Shown here: positions 23,577-25,369 of the stretch, piece after piece
Layout: each line of letters opens with the position of its first letter
Numbering within the stretch: the stretch's first letter is position 1
From: a virus
Taxonomy: Duplodnaviria; Caudoviricetes
IMG/VR virus record: IMGVR_UViG_3300044878_000140
Location: 1 to 25,369 of that record
Reading direction: 5' to 3' (one strand)
Length of the DNA: 25,369 bases
Notes under the pieces: generated by a model
Seen by the model: only the letters and a program-made list of their open reading frames with translations
Database searches by the model: none
What the model was told of the DNA's origin: nothing
Position numbers and translations under genes: made by a program

Positions 23577-24049
23577 ACGCCCGGGACGAACTGATGCTCG
23601 ACAGCATGGGCTCTACACCGAACGGGTTCGAGATCAAGACACACGCTGGAGGTCCGCAGACCGCCGAGACTCTGCTGTTCATCGCGGACTCAATGCGAGC
23701 CACGCTGGACGAATACGAGGCGGAGAACTACCTCGAGATGGAAGTGAAGGCCTCGGACTGCAAGCGCTACGTCATGACCTTGCAGCGTGCGGGCAAGATC
23801 ACCCCGCACCAAGCGAGGGTCAAGGCTGAGGAAGCGCTGAAGGCAGCACAACCCCGAACCATCACGACCGCCGAAGAACTCAAGACCGTCTACGAAGGCG
23901 CAGTACTCCGTGACGTCCATGGCGACATGTGGAGCATCGACGGGGCCTCCGGTCGATTGTTTAGTATCCGCGACGGTGTCGACGACCTCTATGACGACGA
24001 CGAACTCGAACTCCCTGCCACGGTCATCTACGAGGCCTCCGGTGAGTGA
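23573..24049 (+). CDS. Hypothetical early protein
   Basis: ATGA overlap; 158 aa; the C-terminal half 'PRTITTAEEL...LPATVIYE' looks like a separate module. Confidence 0.7.
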   Translation: MNARDELMLDSMGSTPNGFEIKTHAGGPQTAETLLFIADSMRATLDEYEAENYLEMEVKASDCKRYVMTLQRAGKITPHQARVKAEEALKAAQPRTITTAEELKTVYEGAVLRDVHGDMWSIDGASGRLFSIRDGVDDLYDDDELELPATVIYEASGE

Positions 24050-24245
24050 GGGCACGGTAACCCGCCGGGCCACCCGCCGGAACATGTCCACCCAGCCTGT
24101 CCCCCGCGGCATCATGGGCGGCCCCACCGCAGGGCAGCGCCTCCGTTACACCCCGCTCCAGGACCTCGCCGCCATCCTCGCCGAAGCCCGGACCCAACGC
24201 ACCGAAGAAGACATCGCCGCATACCGCAGGAGGAAAACAGCATGA
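24042..24245 (+). CDS. Hypothetical basic protein (67 aa)
   Basis: GAGG SD, GTG 24042; fills the gap in a translationally coupled operon. Confidence 0.6.
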   Translation: MSEGTVTRRATRRNMSTQPVPRGIMGGPTAGQRLRYTPLQDLAAILAEARTQRTEEDIAAYRRRKTA

Positions 24246-24496
24246 GCGACAGCCAGCACTACAACAAGGCCGACGAGTTAATGCAGCAGGAACACGCCAA
24301 CACCGGCGGTCAGTACCTTGACCCGCAGACTACGGCGCTCAAGACGGCGGCCATCGAGGCCACCCTCGCCCTCGCCTACGAGCAGCGCACCGCCAACCTA
24401 ATCGCGATTTACACCGACGGAAACACCGGCACGGCACCCGGTGTCAACTACGTAGAGGTCCTCGCGGCGATCACCGAACGGCTGGGCCTCGCATGA
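24242..24496 (+). CDS. Hypothetical protein
   Basis: AGGAGG SD, ATGA overlap; 'ATLALAYEQRTANLIA' motif. Confidence 0.75.
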   Translation: MSDSQHYNKADELMQQEHANTGGQYLDPQTTALKTAAIEATLALAYEQRTANLIAIYTDGNTGTAPGVNYVEVLAAITERLGLA

Positions 24497-24756
24497 GGGC
24501 CGCGGTGCTGGATGACCTGGACTGGCAGGCGGACGCGCACGACGCACTCCTGAAGGTGGCGGCCGAGGGGAAACCGTTCGACGCGTACACGCTGACGGAG
24601 AAGGCCGAGCTACGGGACCCGCCGCACCCGAACCAGTGGGGCACCCTGTTCCGGGAGGCGTCGAAGGCCGGGGTCATCCGGCGCGTGGGCTTCCATGAGT
24701 CCCGCCGGCCGGGTCGCAAGGCTGGCGTCTGCCGGGTCTGGCAGGTGGCGGCATGA
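24493..24756 (+). CDS. Hypothetical protein (possible winged-helix DNA-binding protein)
   Basis: ATGA overlap; 'P.HPNQWG.LF..A...G.I..VG...S.R......RVW' pattern. Confidence 0.7.
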   Translation: MRAAVLDDLDWQADAHDALLKVAAEGKPFDAYTLTEKAELRDPPHPNQWGTLFREASKAGVIRRVGFHESRRPGRKAGVCRVWQVAA

Positions 24757-24941
24757 GGCGCAGGTCCTCCCCTGTCCGGGTCTTCCAGTGCAAGGACGAC
24801 TGCTGCCTCGTGCAGGTCCCGTCGAAAAGATTTTGGTACGTGAAGACCCCGTCCACCACGGCGACATGGACGACGTTCAATGACGCGATCCGTGACGCTG
24901 CCGAGTTCGCCCGATCAATCCCCCAGGAGGCAACAGCATGA
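24753..24941 (+). CDS. Hypothetical protein
   Basis: ATGA overlaps at both ends. Confidence 0.6.
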   Translation: MRRRSSPVRVFQCKDDCCLVQVPSKRFWYVKTPSTTATWTTFNDAIRDAAEFARSIPQEATA

Positions 24942-25129
24942 TCGATTTGAAAGTATCCGAGGTCGCCGAACACCTCGGCCTGCACCCGGAAACGGTCCGG
25001 TCGATGAGCCGAGCCGGGGACTTCCCCAACGCGTACAAGACGGGCCGGGGTGGGCAGTCGTCCCCGATCCGGATCCCCTGGTCGGATGTTGAGGATTACC
25101 GGAAGAAGCAGCCGAGGGTCAACCGATGA
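24938..25129 (+). CDS. Excisionase-like HTH_17/MerR-type DNA-binding protein
   Basis: AGGAGG SD; 63 aa; 'LKVSEVAEHLGLHPETVR......FP.A.K.G......RIP..DV..Y'. Confidence 0.82.
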   Translation: MIDLKVSEVAEHLGLHPETVRSMSRAGDFPNAYKTGRGGQSSPIRIPWSDVEDYRKKQPRVNR

Positions 25130-25369
25130 CCCCGGAGGAGGAACTGCGGGCCGCGGTCCGGCAGGCGATCAACGACTCCGAGGTTGCCGCATCCAACCCG
25201 GACGACCTGCTCACACTGCAGGCCACGGCCGCCACCGGCGCGATGCTCCGCCTCGGCTGGATCAAGGCAGCCGGGTGGGAGTTCGCGGTGATGGCCGGGG
25301 ACGTGACGGAGGAGGTCGGGTTCAACACGGAGGGCCAGGCGCAGGCGTGGGTCGATGAGCATCCGGGCC
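25126..25369 (+). CDS. Hypothetical protein (partial, runs off the window)
   Basis: ATGA overlap; open frame MTPEEELRAAVRQAINDS... to the window end; not in the ORF track because it has no stop. Confidence 0.65.
   Translation, partial: MTPEEELRAAVRQAINDSEVAASNPDDLLTLQATAATGAMLRLGWIKAAGWEFAVMAGDVTEEVGFNTEGQAQAWVDEHPG

Noticed and set aside
1-25369. CRISPR array, DGR (reverse transcriptase with TR/VR), invertible tail-fibre cassette, IS element
   Set aside because: No spaced repeats, reverse transcriptase, invertase, transposase or long paired repeats were seen by eye; a self-dotplot would be decisive.

Overview
This is a 25.4-kb stretch of a high-GC temperate siphovirus genome from an actinobacterial host; gene style and content suggest an Arthrobacter/Micrococcaceae phage (inference). 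The rightward late module runs portal 3' end, MuF-like minor capsid, scaffold, major capsid, head-tail joining genes, major tail, tail assembly chaperones with a -1 frameshift, tape measure and minor tails. It continues with an SGNH-esterase tail appendage, a four-gene lysis cassette and a second appendage module with a BNR_4 beta-propeller. Three leftward accessory genes (morons) each have their own candidate promoter: a DUF732-like lipoprotein, a Wzy/O-antigen-ligase-like polymerase and a 2-TM zinc-ribbon protein. Next come an apparently intact attP, a free-standing HNH endonuclease, a tyrosine integrase, a degenerate ImmA/IrrE-like gene, the repressor/cro switch and the start of the early operon with an excisionase. 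The most interesting signals are (1) an actinobacterial LexA box over an in-frame upstream start of the repressor, alongside a catalytically degenerate ImmA and a 14-bp operator shared by two promoters, (2) a polysaccharide conversion/degradation gene set, (3) an internal start in the endolysin, and (4) a possible pseudoknot over the chaperone RBS. All calls come from reading motifs by eye; no database searches were run.
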